Positions 9,904 through 20,177 of a DNA stretch of 64,000 nucleotides are shown piece by piece. Numbering within the stretch: position 1 is the first letter of the stretch; each line of letters begins with the position of its first letter. Position numbers and translations under genes: made by a program. Where the stretch lies: positions 2,243 through 66,242 of the forward strand of contig JAZUEP010000063.1 in NCBI GenBank assembly GCA_045640225.1, read 5' to 3'. Under the pieces are notes generated by a model that ran no database searches, was not told the DNA's origin, and saw nothing but the letters and a program-made list of their open reading frames with translations. Origin of the DNA: Bacteroidales bacterium. GTDB taxonomy: Bacteria > Bacteroidota > Bacteroidia > Bacteroidales > UBA3663.

Positions 9904-12900
9904 ATGAAGAAGCAACTCAAGAAAGTCCTCGTGCTCGGCTCCGGCGCCCTGAAGATCGGTCAGGCCGGCGAGTTCGACTACTCAGGTTCGCAGGCACTGA
10001 AAGCCCTGCGTGAAGAGGGCATCAGCTCAGTGCTGGTAAACCCAAACATCGCTACCATCCAGACTTCGGAAGGTATTGCCGACAAGGTTTACTTCCAGCC
10101 TATCACCCCCCACTTCATCACTGAGATCATCAAGAAGGAGCGTCCAGACGGCATCATGCTGGCCTGGGGCGGTCAGACAGGTCTGAACGTAGGCACCGCA
10201 CTCTACCAGAACGGCGTATTGGCCGAGTATGGCGTAGAGGTTCTGGGCACCAGCGTTGAAGCCATCATGAACACCGAGGACCGTGACCTCTTCGTAAAGG
10301 AGCTGAACAAGGCCGACCTCAAGACCCCTGTATCGCAGGCTTGCGAGACCATGGAGGACGCTGTAGCCGCAGCCCGCAAGATCGGTTACCCAATCATGAT
10401 CCGTTCGGCCTATGCACTGGGCGGTCTTGGTTCAGGCGTTTGTCCAACCGAGGAGAAGTTCAAGGAGATCGCCGAGTCGGCCTTCACCTTCGCTCCACAG
10501 GTACTGGTAGAAGAGAGCCTCAAGGGCTGGAAGGAAATTGAGTTCGAGGTAATCCGCGACGCCAACGACCACTGCTTCACCGTAGCCTCAATGGAGAACT
10601 TCGACCCACTGGGCATCCACACCGGCGAGTCGATCGTAGTAGCACCAACCTGCTCGCTCACCAAGGAGCAGGTAGAGTACCTGCAGGCCATCAGCCGCAA
10701 GTGCGTACGTCACCTGAACATCGTAGGCGAGTGCAACATCCAGTTCGCCTTCAACGCTGAGACCAACGACTATCGTATCATCGAGGTCAACGCACGTCTG
10801 TCGCGCTCATCAGCCCTTGCCTCGAAGGCAACCGGCTATCCGCTGGCTTACGTAGCTGCCAAGATCGCCCACGGCTATTCCCTCGACCAGATTGGCGAGA
10901 TGGGTACGCCAAACTCAGCTTATGTAGCTCCATCGATTGACTACATGATCTGCAAGATCCCTCGTTGGGACCTCACCAAGTTTGCTGGCGTCAGCCGTCT
11001 GATCGGCTCGTCGATGAAGTCGGTAGGCGAGATCATGGCCATCGGTCGCTCGTTCGAGGAAATGATCCAGAAGGGTCTGCGTATGATCGGCCAGGGCATG
11101 CACGGTTTTGTAGGCAATGACCACACCAAGTTCACCAACCTCGACGAGGAACTGGCCAACCCAACCGACCTGCGCATCTTTGCCATCGCCCAGGCTCTGG
11201 AAGAGGGCTACACCATCGACCGCATCGAGGAGCTGACAAAGATTGACAAGTGGTTCCTCAGCCGCATGAAGCACATCGTAGACCTGAAGAACGAGCTTCT
11301 GCAGTACAACTCGCTGGCAGAGATCAGCGATGAGAAGATGCGCGAGGTAAAGGCCTGCGGCTTCTCGGACTTCCAGATTGCCCGCTTCGTCCTGAAGCCC
11401 GAAGGCTCGATGGAGAAGGCCAACCTCGAAGTTCGTCGCGCCCGCAAGCAGCGCGGCATCCTGCCTACCGTACGTCGTATCGAGACCGTAGGCGGCGAGC
11501 ATCCAGAGCTGACCAACTATCTCTACTTCACTTACCTTGGCCAGGTAGAGCCTACCAATGCTGACGCCCTCACCACCGAGGAGTGGAAGCAGAACTGCCT
11601 GAAGCCGCAGGCTCACTCGATCGAATGGTACAAGAACGAGAAGTCGGTCATCGTGCTCGGTTCAGGCGCTTACCGCATCGGTTCGTCAGTAGAGTTCGAC
11701 TGGTGCTCGGTCAATGCCATCAACACCGCTCGCAAGCAGGGCTACAAGTCGATCATGATCAACTACAATCCTGAGACCGTATCGACCGACTACGACATGT
11801 GCGACCGCCTCTACTTCGACGAGCTGTCGCTGGAGCGTGTGCTCGACGTCATCGACCTCGAGTCTCCACGCGGTGTCGTTGTCTCAGTGGGTGGTCAGAT
11901 TCCTAACAACCTGGCCATGAAGCTGCATCGTCAGGGTGTACCTGTGCTGGGCACTTCGCCTGTCGACATCGACCGCGCAGAGAACCGCGACAAGTTCTCG
12001 GCAATGCTCGACAAGCTCGGTATCGACCAGCCAGCCTGGCAGGCGCTCACCTCGATGGAGGACATCAAGAGCTTCGTTGCCAAGGTAGGCTACCCTGTAC
12101 TGGTACGTCCATCGTACGTGCTGTCAGGTGCTGCGATGAACGTCTGCTACGACGACGAGCAGTTGGAGCGCTTCCTCGGCATGGCTACCGAGGTCAGCAA
12201 GGACTTCCCTGTCGTTGTCAGCCAGTTCATGCAGGAGACCAAGGAGATTGAGTTCGACGCCGTAGCCGACAAGGGTGAGGTCGTTGAATACGCCATCTCG
12301 GAGCACGTTGAGTATGCTGGTGTTCACTCAGGCGACGCCACCATGGTATTCCCTGCTCAGAACATCTACTTCTCGACCGTACGCCAGATCAAGAAGATTG
12401 CCCGCCGCATTGCCGCCGAGCTCAACATTTCTGGTCCATTCAACATCCAGTTCCTGGCCAAGAATCGCGAGGTAAAGGTCATCGAGTGCAACCTGCGTGC
12501 TTCGCGCTCGTTCCCATTCGTTTCGAAGATCCTGAAGCGTAACTTCATCGAGACCGCCACGAAGATCATGCTCGACGTACCATACCAGCGTCCAGAGAAG
12601 TCAGAGTTCGACATCGACCGCATCGGCGTCAAGGCATCACAGTTCTCGTTCAACCGTCTGTCGAACGCCGACCCAGTCCTGGGCGTCGACATGAGCTCGA
12701 CGGGCGAGGTAGGCTGTCTGGGCGACGACCTGAACGAGGCAATGCTCAACTCGCTGATCGCAACCGGCTACCGTCTGCCTAAGCAGGGTGGTGCCATCCT
12801 CCTGTCGAGCGGCGGCGCCAAGGGCAAGGTACAGCTGCTGGAGCCTGCACAGAACCTCGTGAAGTGCGGCTACAAGATCTACGCTACCGCAGGTACGGCC

Positions 12901-13194
12901 AAGTTCTTGTCGGAGAATGGCGTAGCCTGCGAGAAGGTAAGCTGGCCTGACGAGCAGGGCGAGAACAACGTCATCGACATGATGGCCAAGCATGCCTTCG
13001 AGCTCATCGTCAACATTCCAAAGAACCAGACCAAGCGCGAGCTGACCAACGGCTACCACATCCGCCGCAACGCCATCGATCACAACATCCCGCTGATGAC
13101 CAATGCCCGTCTGGCACGCGCCTTCATCGAGGCCATCTGCGCACTGCGTCTTGAGGATATCAAGATCAAGAGTTGGCAGGAGTATAACGCCTGA
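9904..13194 (+). CDS. carB: Carbamoyl-phosphate synthase large subunit
   Basis: 1096 aa. Duplicated ATP-grasp halves, oligomerisation domain and C-terminal MGS-like domain. Typical N-terminus KKVLVLGSGALKIGQAGEFDYSGSQA. Confidence 0.97.
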   Translation: MKKQLKKVLVLGSGALKIGQAGEFDYSGSQALKALREEGISSVLVNPNIATIQTSEGIADKVYFQPITPHFITEIIKKERPDGIMLAWGGQTGLNVGTALYQNGVLAEYGVEVLGTSVEAIMNTEDRDLFVKELNKADLKTPVSQACETMEDAVAAARKIGYPIMIRSAYALGGLGSGVCPTEEKFKEIAESAFTFAPQVLVEESLKGWKEIEFEVIRDANDHCFTVASMENFDPLGIHTGESIVVAPTCSLTKEQVEYLQAISRKCVRHLNIVGECNIQFAFNAETNDYRIIEVNARLSRSSALASKATGYPLAYVAAKIAHGYSLDQIGEMGTPNSAYVAPSIDYMICKIPRWDLTKFAGVSRLIGSSMKSVGEIMAIGRSFEEMIQKGLRMIGQGMHGFVGNDHTKFTNLDEELANPTDLRIFAIAQALEEGYTIDRIEELTKIDKWFLSRMKHIVDLKNELLQYNSLAEISDEKMREVKACGFSDFQIARFVLKPEGSMEKANLEVRRARKQRGILPTVRRIETVGGEHPELTNYLYFTYLGQVEPTNADALTTEEWKQNCLKPQAHSIEWYKNEKSVIVLGSGAYRIGSSVEFDWCSVNAINTARKQGYKSIMINYNPETVSTDYDMCDRLYFDELSLERVLDVIDLESPRGVVVSVGGQIPNNLAMKLHRQGVPVLGTSPVDIDRAENRDKFSAMLDKLGIDQPAWQALTSMEDIKSFVAKVGYPVLVRPSYVLSGAAMNVCYDDEQLERFLGMATEVSKDFPVVVSQFMQETKEIEFDAVADKGEVVEYAISEHVEYAGVHSGDATMVFPAQNIYFSTVRQIKKIARRIAAELNISGPFNIQFLAKNREVKVIECNLRASRSFPFVSKILKRNFIETATKIMLDVPYQRPEKSEFDIDRIGVKASQFSFNRLSNADPVLGVDMSSTGEVGCLGDDLNEAMLNSLIATGYRLPKQGGAILLSSGGAKGKVQLLEPAQNLVKCGYKIYATAGTAKFLSENGVACEKVSWPDEQGENNVIDMMAKHAFELIVNIPKNQTKRELTNGYHIRRNAIDHNIPLMTNARLARAFIEAICALRLEDIKIKSWQEYNA

Positions 13195-13285
13195 TACACC
13201 TTATATAATATATAATAAAGGTAGCCGCGGAAACTTCGGGTTCGGCGGCTACTTTGCCAAAAGGCAAGACTGAAGCAGAATAACT

Positions 13286-14512
13286 GTGGGCAAACCGAAG
13301 CTACAGATAGTCCCCAAACGGGGCAAGGCAGGCAAAAGCAAGAAACGCAACCTGCTGGGCAGCATTTCCATGTGGGCACTACGTTCCACGATGGCCGTGC
13401 TGACGGCAGTAGTGTGCCTGTTGCTGTTATTCTCGGCCTACAGCGAATGGATCAGTCCTGAGACCTGGATCATAGCGTCGTTTGCCGGCATCGCCTTTGG
13501 CGTACTGCTGGTACTGGCGCTGATATGGGGTATAGTCCTGGCATTGGTGCATCGCTGGCGAAGCCTGACGGTACTGGCCGTTGCCCTATTGCTGGTGGCT
13601 CCTACGGCATGGCGTTACAGTCCGCTGCATCTGACCGGCGATCCGGCCCCCTTGACACAAACCGAAGACGGACGAGACATCGAGCACATCGAGAGGATGA
13701 AAGTGATGACGTACAACACCTGCCTGATGGGCCATGCGCGGCTGAATGACAAGAAAACGGACATTCCGGTACTGGATGAAGTTTTGCGCTCGGGTGCCGA
13801 CGTAGTCTGCCTGCAGGAATATAGTTATTCGGCCAGCAGCAAGGGACATAGCCTGGAAGAGCTGAGAGGACGACTGAAGGACGCCTACCCACACATGGAC
13901 TTCACGCCCTACAGCTACAACCGGCGATCAGGTCTGGCCATCGCCTCGAAATATCCGATCACGAAGATAGACCGCATCGACCACCAGAAGAAAGGATACA
14001 TTGCAGCCATGTACTACCAGCTGCAGACCGGTAGCCGGACGATAGGTGTAGTAAACATGCATCTGCACAGCAACAAACTGTCGAAGGAGGATCGCCTATT
14101 GTACGACGAGATGATCGGACACTTCGAGGCTGACAGCCTACAACGCATCCGCAAGGGACTCCTACACTCGCTGGCCGTAGCCTGGCGACAGAGAGCCAAA
14201 GAGGCCGAGATGATAGCCAAATACCTCGAAGACAATCATCCGACAGGCATGCCGCTGCTCGTATGCGGCGACATGAACGATACACCGGTAAGCTACTGCA
14301 ACCACATGTTGCGACGCTGTGGCCTGACAGACACCTGGCAGGAGACGGGTATCGGTCCCGGCATTACCTACAGCGAGCACAGATTCTGGTTCCGCATCGA
14401 CCACCTGTTGCACAGCAAAGGACTGCGCGCACTGAGCATGAACATCCGCAAGGACATCCGTCACTCGGATCATTTCCCCGTAGAAGCCATTTATCAAATA
14501 TTACCCGAATGA
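13286..14512 (+). CDS. Endonuclease/exonuclease/phosphatase (EEP) family membrane protein
   Basis: 408 aa. N-terminal hydrophobic helices. EEP motifs VMTYNT, VVCLQEY, GDMND and C-terminal SDHFPV. The true start may be an internal Met. Confidence 0.8.
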   Translation: MGKPKLQIVPKRGKAGKSKKRNLLGSISMWALRSTMAVLTAVVCLLLLFSAYSEWISPETWIIASFAGIAFGVLLVLALIWGIVLALVHRWRSLTVLAVALLLVAPTAWRYSPLHLTGDPAPLTQTEDGRDIEHIERMKVMTYNTCLMGHARLNDKKTDIPVLDEVLRSGADVVCLQEYSYSASSKGHSLEELRGRLKDAYPHMDFTPYSYNRRSGLAIASKYPITKIDRIDHQKKGYIAAMYYQLQTGSRTIGVVNMHLHSNKLSKEDRLLYDEMIGHFEADSLQRIRKGLLHSLAVAWRQRAKEAEMIAKYLEDNHPTGMPLLVCGDMNDTPVSYCNHMLRRCGLTDTWQETGIGPGITYSEHRFWFRIDHLLHSKGLRALSMNIRKDIRHSDHFPVEAIYQILPE

Positions 14513-15231
14513 TATTCAATCCCTATCAGCTCAACACGCTGGACGGCAATCTCGCCACACAGGCCACACATCTGACGTGGGCCACGCCACAGTTGCAGGA
14601 CAATGCAGCGGTGGTGGCACTGGTACTGCTCTTCATTGCGGCCGACGTGCTGGCATGGTGTCCGAAAGGCGTGATGCGTTACCAGCTGAGATGGATTACC
14701 GACACACGCAACGCCCGCACCTTTGAAGCCTCGGTAGTGATGTATCCCTGGCTGAAGCTGGTACTGGCCGCACAGCTGTTCATCTGTTTCGGGCTGGCCC
14801 TCTACTGCTGTATCGACAGCGCCCCGGGCATCCACCTGTCGAGCCTTGGCACAGAAGATCTGAAGCAGATAGGACGCTGCATCGGAGCGCTGCTGGGATG
14901 GTACGTGCTACAGAAGACATTCGTCAACTGGCTGTGTTACCTATTCGGACAAGACGAAAAACGCACCATCATCAACCGCTCGCATCTGGCCATCTTCCTG
15001 CTGCTGGCACCATTTGCCACGCTGGCGCTAGTGGGCATAATGGCAGGATTATTTTCGACAGGAACAGCACTCAATTTGCTTGCTGCACTCTTCATTTTAT
15101 CGCAGATTTCTTTCATTTCCAATGGAATTAAGATTTTTTACGATGATTTTGGCTCGTTTTGCCTAATTTTTGCGTATCTTTGCGCACTCGAAATCGCCCC
15201 TTTGCTGATGCTTTGGACGTATTTCGGATAA
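14509..15231 (+). CDS. Polytopic membrane protein (DUF4271-like by position and topology)
   Basis: The ATG at 14509 overlaps the stop of the upstream gene (ATGA). About 240 aa, multi-TM. It lies immediately upstream of hemD, as is common in Bacteroidetes. The track start 14263 lies inside the upstream gene. Confidence 0.65.
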   Translation: MIFNPYQLNTLDGNLATQATHLTWATPQLQDNAAVVALVLLFIAADVLAWCPKGVMRYQLRWITDTRNARTFEASVVMYPWLKLVLAAQLFICFGLALYCCIDSAPGIHLSSLGTEDLKQIGRCIGALLGWYVLQKTFVNWLCYLFGQDEKRTIINRSHLAIFLLLAPFATLALVGIMAGLFSTGTALNLLAALFILSQISFISNGIKIFYDDFGSFCLIFAYLCALEIAPLLMLWTYFG

Positions 15232-15259
15232 AAATAAGCAAATACTGAAGCAAGAAAAA

Positions 15260-16003
15260 ATGAGTTTAAAGCGCATACTGGTCTCGCAGCCGACCCCCTC
15301 GTGCCCCGAAAAGTCGCCTTACTTTGACCTGCAACGGAGGTTCGGTCTGGAACTCACCTTCAAACCCTTTATTCGCATCGAGACACTCTCGGCAGCTGAG
15401 TTCCGCTCGCTCAAGATCAGCATCCCTACGTATACGGCACTCGTCTTCACCTCGCGTACTTCGGTGGAGAACTTCTTCAAACTAGCCGAAGAGCTTCGCG
15501 CCAAGCCGAACGACGAAATGCAGTACTTCTGCCTCACAGAGGCTATCGCCCTGTACCTACAGAAGTTCATCAACTTCCGCAAGCGCAAGGTACATCACTC
15601 GAAGGTAGGAAAGATCGAGGATCTGGCCCTGGTGATGAAGAAACATAACACGGAGAAGTTCCTGATGCCAGTAGCCGAAGGCCACGACGATCCGTTGCCC
15701 TGCATGACAAAGGCAAAAGTAAAGCTGACCTATGCCGTCATGTACCGCACGGTCAGCACCGAATTCACGCCTGAAGAGATTGCTTCGTATGACATGCTCT
15801 GCTTCTTCACCCCTGCAGGCATTCAGTCGCTGTTCGACAACGATCCTGATTACGTACAGGATGACCAGCGCATCGGTCTATTCGGTCCGATGACGGCCAA
15901 AGCAGCCGAGGAACGCGGACTCCGTATCGATGCACAAGGCCCTACCCCCGAGCTCCCCTCGATGGCGGCTGTACTGCAGAAATACCTGAACGATAATAAA
16001 TGA
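15260..16003 (+). CDS. hemD: Uroporphyrinogen-III synthase-like protein
   Basis: 247 aa with a HemD-like two-lobe pattern. Conserved Bacteroidetes position upstream of rnpA-yidD, with a 4-nt overlap to rnpA. Confidence 0.75.
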   Translation: MSLKRILVSQPTPSCPEKSPYFDLQRRFGLELTFKPFIRIETLSAAEFRSLKISIPTYTALVFTSRTSVENFFKLAEELRAKPNDEMQYFCLTEAIALYLQKFINFRKRKVHHSKVGKIEDLALVMKKHNTEKFLMPVAEGHDDPLPCMTKAKVKLTYAVMYRTVSTEFTPEEIASYDMLCFFTPAGIQSLFDNDPDYVQDDQRIGLFGPMTAKAAEERGLRIDAQGPTPELPSMAAVLQKYLNDNK

Positions 16004-16416
16004 AACTATACACACTGCCCAAGACCGAAAGGCTTTACCTGAGGGAATCCATTGGCGAGCTGTTTGCCAAAGGGAAATCCTTTACGGCCTTTCCTTACAG
16101 GGTGGTGTATTTAGTTACTCCCCTAAAGGGAGAAGAACAGGAGAACAAATCCCAGAACGAACGGCAGGGACGCTGTGCCATCATGGCCGTGGCTCCCAAG
16201 AAGCGCTTCAAGCACGCCGTAGACCGCAACCACGTAAAGCGCCTGACGCGCGAGGCCTACCGATTGCAGAAGCTTCCGCTGATCGAAAAGCTCGAAGCAA
16301 GCGGAAAGCAGATGGAAGTGGCCTTCATCTATGTGGACAACAAGTTCATCTCGTTTGACGAGACGTATAAGACACTTGGTCGTGCTATAGCGAAACTGAC
16401 CAAATACATCGGATGA
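16000..16416 (+). CDS. rnpA: Ribonuclease P protein component
   Basis: 138 aa. Basic RnpA motif [22 protein letters not shown]. Overlaps yidD, the classic rnpA-yidD pairing. Confidence 0.9.
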   Translation: MKLYTLPKTERLYLRESIGELFAKGKSFTAFPYRVVYLVTPLKGEEQENKSQNERQGRCAIMAVAPKKRFKHAVDRNHVKRLTREAYRLQKLPLIEKLEASGKQMEVAFIYVDNKFISFDETYKTLGRAIAKLTKYIG

Positions 16417-16625
16417 TGAAACGGATATTCATAAGCATGATTCGCTTCTACCAGCGATACATTTCGCCCCTGACACCACCGGCTTGCAGATATACCCCCA
16501 CGTGTTCGCAATACACGCTGGAAGCAATACAGAAGTACGGTGCCATCAGGGGCTCGTGGTTGGGTCTCAAGCGCATCTGCCGCTGTCACCCATGGGGAGG
16601 ATCAGGATACGATCCGGTGCCTTAA
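16413..16625 (+). CDS. yidD: Membrane protein insertion efficiency factor YidD
   Basis: 70 aa. Signature YQRYISPL...[19 protein letters not shown]. Confidence 0.92.
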   Translation: MMKRIFISMIRFYQRYISPLTPPACRYTPTCSQYTLEAIQKYGAIRGSWLGLKRICRCHPWGGSGYDPVP

Positions 16626-18040
16626 CCCTGCTTGCAGGCCAAGATCTCGTCGATGGTGCAGGGCTTACGACGGCCCAGGTGGCGATGGCCTTCAGGAGTG
16701 ACGAGATAGTCCTCCTCGTTACGCATTCCGCCGAAGTTACGCCAGTGGCGAAGCTCATCATAGCAAATGAAATCGGTGAAACGGCCTGCTGCCTGCCACT
16801 GATCAATCAGATCAGGAATAAAATAGATACCCGGCTCGACCGTGAAAACAAAACCAGGCTCCAACTCGCGGCCCAGACGAAGCGAGGCAAAGCCGAAGCG
16901 AGGATCCTTCTGCGCTCCGCGTGGATAACCTACATGAACCTCGCCATAATTCTCCATATCATGTACATCGAGGCCCATCATATGGCCTAAGCCGTGAGGC
17001 ATGAACATGGCGACTGCACCGGCCTCAGCAGCCTCCATCGGATCGCCCTTCATGAGGCCGAGCTCCTTGAGTCCGGCAGCAATGTTGGCCCATGCCTGGA
17101 CATGGCACTCGCGGTAGGTAATACCTGGACGAATCATGCGAGCTGCTTCCTGATAGGTATGGATGAGGATATCGTACACGGCACGCTGGCGATCGGTATA
17201 GCAAGCGCCGACAGGCATGGTGGTAGTAAGGTCGCCTGCATAATGCATCTCGTTCTCGGCACCAGCATCGAGCAGCAACATATCACCCTCCTCAAGACGA
17301 TGGATGTAGCCATGATTATGAAGCGTCTCGCCATGACAGGTTGCGATGACAGGGAACGACAGGTAATAACCCTCACGCTGCGAAACCTCGCAGACAGCAG
17401 CGGCAATATCCTTCTCGTGCATGCCAGGCTGAATCATGCGGATGGCACGCTCGTGCATATTGACGGTGATATCGATTGACTTCTCAATCTCGGCAATTTC
17501 CTCAGCACTCTTATGGTTACGCATATCGGCCAAGGCATAGCATAGCTCGAGGCTGGGAGCAGCTACGTTCACACCCTGTACAAACGCCTGGGCAGGAGCG
17601 GTAGAAACCTTGGCACCCAACAGCTCCTGCAGCCACAGGATAGTATGGCCACGATAAGGAGGCACGAAATGAACAGGCTGGTGACGAGCGATAGCAGCAG
17701 CCACATAAGTGGAAAGCGCAGACACAGGCATCGTCTTCTGTACACCGACAGCCGCACACTTTTCGGCAATCGTAGGCTGGACGCCTGTCCAGATGATGTC
17801 ATCAATCGTGAGTTCGTCACCGAAAACGATTGTCTCACCGGCCTCGACATCAATTACGGCAGCGAGACCCTCGTAGTCAAGGCCGAAGAGATAAAGGAAG
17901 GTAGAATCCTGGCGGAAGAGATAATTGTTGTCGGCGTAGTTATACGACGCTATCCCATTGCCCAGGAAGAGCAACAGGCCGCTCTGCATGGTCTGGGCCA
18001 ACTGCTGACGGCGCTGGATATAGGTTTCTTTTGCAAACAT
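16622..18040 (-). CDS. Xaa-Pro aminopeptidase (M24B, aminopeptidase P family)
   Basis: 472 aa. Creatinase/prolidase N-terminal domain plus an M24 pita-bread domain. Metal ligands in LLLDAGAE...YAGDLT and [13 protein letters not shown]...TVEPGIY. Confidence 0.9.
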   Translation of the reverse strand: MFAKETYIQRRQQLAQTMQSGLLLFLGNGIASYNYADNNYLFRQDSTFLYLFGLDYEGLAAVIDVEAGETIVFGDELTIDDIIWTGVQPTIAEKCAAVGVQKTMPVSALSTYVAAAIARHQPVHFVPPYRGHTILWLQELLGAKVSTAPAQAFVQGVNVAAPSLELCYALADMRNHKSAEEIAEIEKSIDITVNMHERAIRMIQPGMHEKDIAAAVCEVSQREGYYLSFPVIATCHGETLHNHGYIHRLEEGDMLLLDAGAENEMHYAGDLTTTMPVGACYTDRQRAVYDILIHTYQEAARMIRPGITYRECHVQAWANIAAGLKELGLMKGDPMEAAEAGAVAMFMPHGLGHMMGLDVHDMENYGEVHVGYPRGAQKDPRFGFASLRLGRELEPGFVFTVEPGIYFIPDLIDQWQAAGRFTDFICYDELRHWRNFGGMRNEEDYLVTPEGHRHLGRRKPCTIDEILACKQG

Positions 18041-18053
18041 ATTTTAAAAGATA

Positions 18054-19631
18054 TTAGGGTTCATAACAACCAATGGCGGGGGTAGAAGGCCGAACCTTAC
18101 CATCGAGGTCAAAAGGCAGACGTGTAGCCGTACGGCCTTCGCCACGACCGATGCAAGGAGACTCGGACTGGAGATGCGGATCGCAGATATAGTTAGGCAT
18201 ATCTACAAGACGATACAATGGATCGTCAGTCCACAGCACGGAAATACAATCATCGTCGTCGTACCCCGATGAAGAATGAAGCAGACAATGATCGAAACGA
18301 TAATTGTAGATGCTATCGAGAGGAGTACCAGAATCATCGACGAAACAGGTATAGCCATTGGCATCGACATTGGGATCGAAGTCAGAGTAGCCGTAGATGA
18401 GAGTGTTGGTGAAATTACAGCGATAGAGCGGACGCGGCATGCGCATCTCATCATCGGAGGTAGACTCGGATGGCACTACATCGTAATTCCGAAGCACGAC
18501 ATCGCATTGCGAGAAGGCTGCCCAATAGTTATAATTGGCCAGCGTACAATGCGTGACATCGTAAGCGCCACCAGCCAGTTCGAGGATGGCGCCAGCCGAG
18601 TTCATCAGCAACGAATTCTCGATAATCATGTTACTGTTGTGCGCAGCAATAAGCGAATAGTTGCTGTTGCGAATCGTAGAATGGCGGATGATGAGCTGCT
18701 GTGACTGATCGCCGAGGAAGTCGGGACCATAAGCAAAACGCTTAGGATCGCCAGTAGGGGCTGATTCGGCCGACTGTTCTGCAAGGAAAGACGTGTCGCA
18801 ACTATCCTGCGACAAGACGATACCGGTAGTCATGCCTCGAATATCAGCATACTGCAAGAGGTTGCCGCTACTGCCCGAATAATAGTTGATGCCGCCCCAC
18901 TGAGCCGACATATCGCGATAATAGAGATTGTCGAAGATCTTGTCAGTACGATCGCCTAAAAGCGTGACAGGCTGCTGCTGTGTGCCCTGTATCTTCAGAC
19001 AACCGTACACCTCGATGGATGCATGATCGTGCAGATAGAGCGTGACGCCAGGATCAATGCTGAGCGTGACACCCTGAGGAATACAGAAAGCGCCATAGAT
19101 AAGTTTGTCGAGACCACCAGTCTGCCAAAGGGTATCGGCACGAAGCGTGTCAGCATGTAGTTCCTCGACGTCGCGCGTAGTGACGGCCAAGCGGATACTG
19201 CGCGTCAATCCGTTACACTGGATATCGAGCCAATCCTCGCGCTCGACGTCGCGTTCCTCCTGACGACCAGCGAACGATGCCTCGACCAGTACGAAAAGAG
19301 AATCGCCACGAGCGATATGCAGATAATCCGGATTGAGGAACGATGTACCTGCCATGCCATCGACATTGATACGAAAGATGCTGGAATCGCCACCACGCAG
19401 ACTGATGCCTTGCAGAACAATCTCGCCCTTGTTGCGATTATAAAGCATGAGTTTCTGGGTAGCAGTAGTATGACCGGTAAGCAAGACTCCCAGATGATAG
19501 GTATCAGCCGAAGTAGAATCGTTGAGCTCATACGAAGGCTGAGCGGCGGCATCGGACAAGATGTCGTCGCTACAAGCTACTACCGAACATAACAGTATCA
19601 GCAGGGAGATGATGCTCAACAGATGTTTCAT
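18054..19631 (-). CDS. Lipoprotein, putative right-handed beta-helix repeat protein
   Basis: 525 aa. Lipobox LLCSVVAC. Repetitive segments resembling parallel beta-helix turns (IRNSNYSLIAAHNSNMIIENSLLMNSAGAILEL). The functional call is tentative. Confidence 0.55.
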   Translation of the reverse strand: MKHLLSIISLLILLCSVVACSDDILSDAAAQPSYELNDSTSADTYHLGVLLTGHTTATQKLMLYNRNKGEIVLQGISLRGGDSSIFRINVDGMAGTSFLNPDYLHIARGDSLFVLVEASFAGRQEERDVEREDWLDIQCNGLTRSIRLAVTTRDVEELHADTLRADTLWQTGGLDKLIYGAFCIPQGVTLSIDPGVTLYLHDHASIEVYGCLKIQGTQQQPVTLLGDRTDKIFDNLYYRDMSAQWGGINYYSGSSGNLLQYADIRGMTTGIVLSQDSCDTSFLAEQSAESAPTGDPKRFAYGPDFLGDQSQQLIIRHSTIRNSNYSLIAAHNSNMIIENSLLMNSAGAILELAGGAYDVTHCTLANYNYWAAFSQCDVVLRNYDVVPSESTSDDEMRMPRPLYRCNFTNTLIYGYSDFDPNVDANGYTCFVDDSGTPLDSIYNYRFDHCLLHSSSGYDDDDCISVLWTDDPLYRLVDMPNYICDPHLQSESPCIGRGEGRTATRLPFDLDGKVRPSTPAIGCYEP

Positions 19632-19670
19632 GAGAACTTACAATATTGAAGATATTACGATGCAGAGAAA

Positions 19671-20177
19671 TCACTTAGCGCTCACAACCAGCGTACTATA
19701 TGAAGCCAATCGGGCACGATATTGCCGCAAGTGAAGATTCTCGGCATTGGCCGGACCTGCCGTAGGAGCCGGCGATCCATACTGGACTGCACCGAACTGC
19801 GACTGGCAGTCAGGGCAAACGGCGATGAACGGATCCTGCATGGTGATGGCCCGATGCGTTCCATGCTGATAACAGTAGGGACATGCCAAATCGTAGGCAT
19901 AAAAAGCATCCTCGGTGACCGCGTGATAAAGAAGGAGGCCACATACGCCAATTACCTCGGACTGATGCAGATACTGATTGACCAGCACTACACCGGGCTG
20001 ACTGTCAAGATTCGGAAGATCGGTCTGACCAAGTGCGGCATTGATGGTGCTGATGTTACAGGAATATCGCACATTATAGGCCGGCACAGGAGATTCGAAC
20101 GACGTTCGTTCGGCACACGAAGCGAGAAACAATAATGCGCCGGCGAACTCAACGGACAAGAGCAGCGATCGCCTCAT
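19671..20177 (-). CDS. Small lipoprotein with a four-Cys motif (CPYC...CPDC), function unknown
   Basis: Start chosen at MRRSLLLSVEFAGALLFLASC (signal plus lipobox). The track ORF extends to 20213. Overlaps the 3' end of argH. Confidence 0.55.
   Translation of the reverse strand: MRRSLLLSVEFAGALLFLASCAERTSFESPVPAYNVRYSCNISTINAALGQTDLPNLDSQPGVVLVNQYLHQSEVIGVCGLLLYHAVTEDAFYAYDLACPYCYQHGTHRAITMQDPFIAVCPDCQSQFGAVQYGSPAPTAGPANAENLHLRQYRARLASYSTLVVSAK

Noticed and set aside
14263-14508. N-terminal extensions offered by the ORF track here, and at 21481-21522, 22859-22888, 24326-24397, 36120-36161, 58107-58157, 58860-59081, 59062-59106 and 62930-63145
   Set aside because: The extensions run into upstream genes or across the gene's own TAnnTTTG promoter box. 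Internal Met starts give canonical N-termini.
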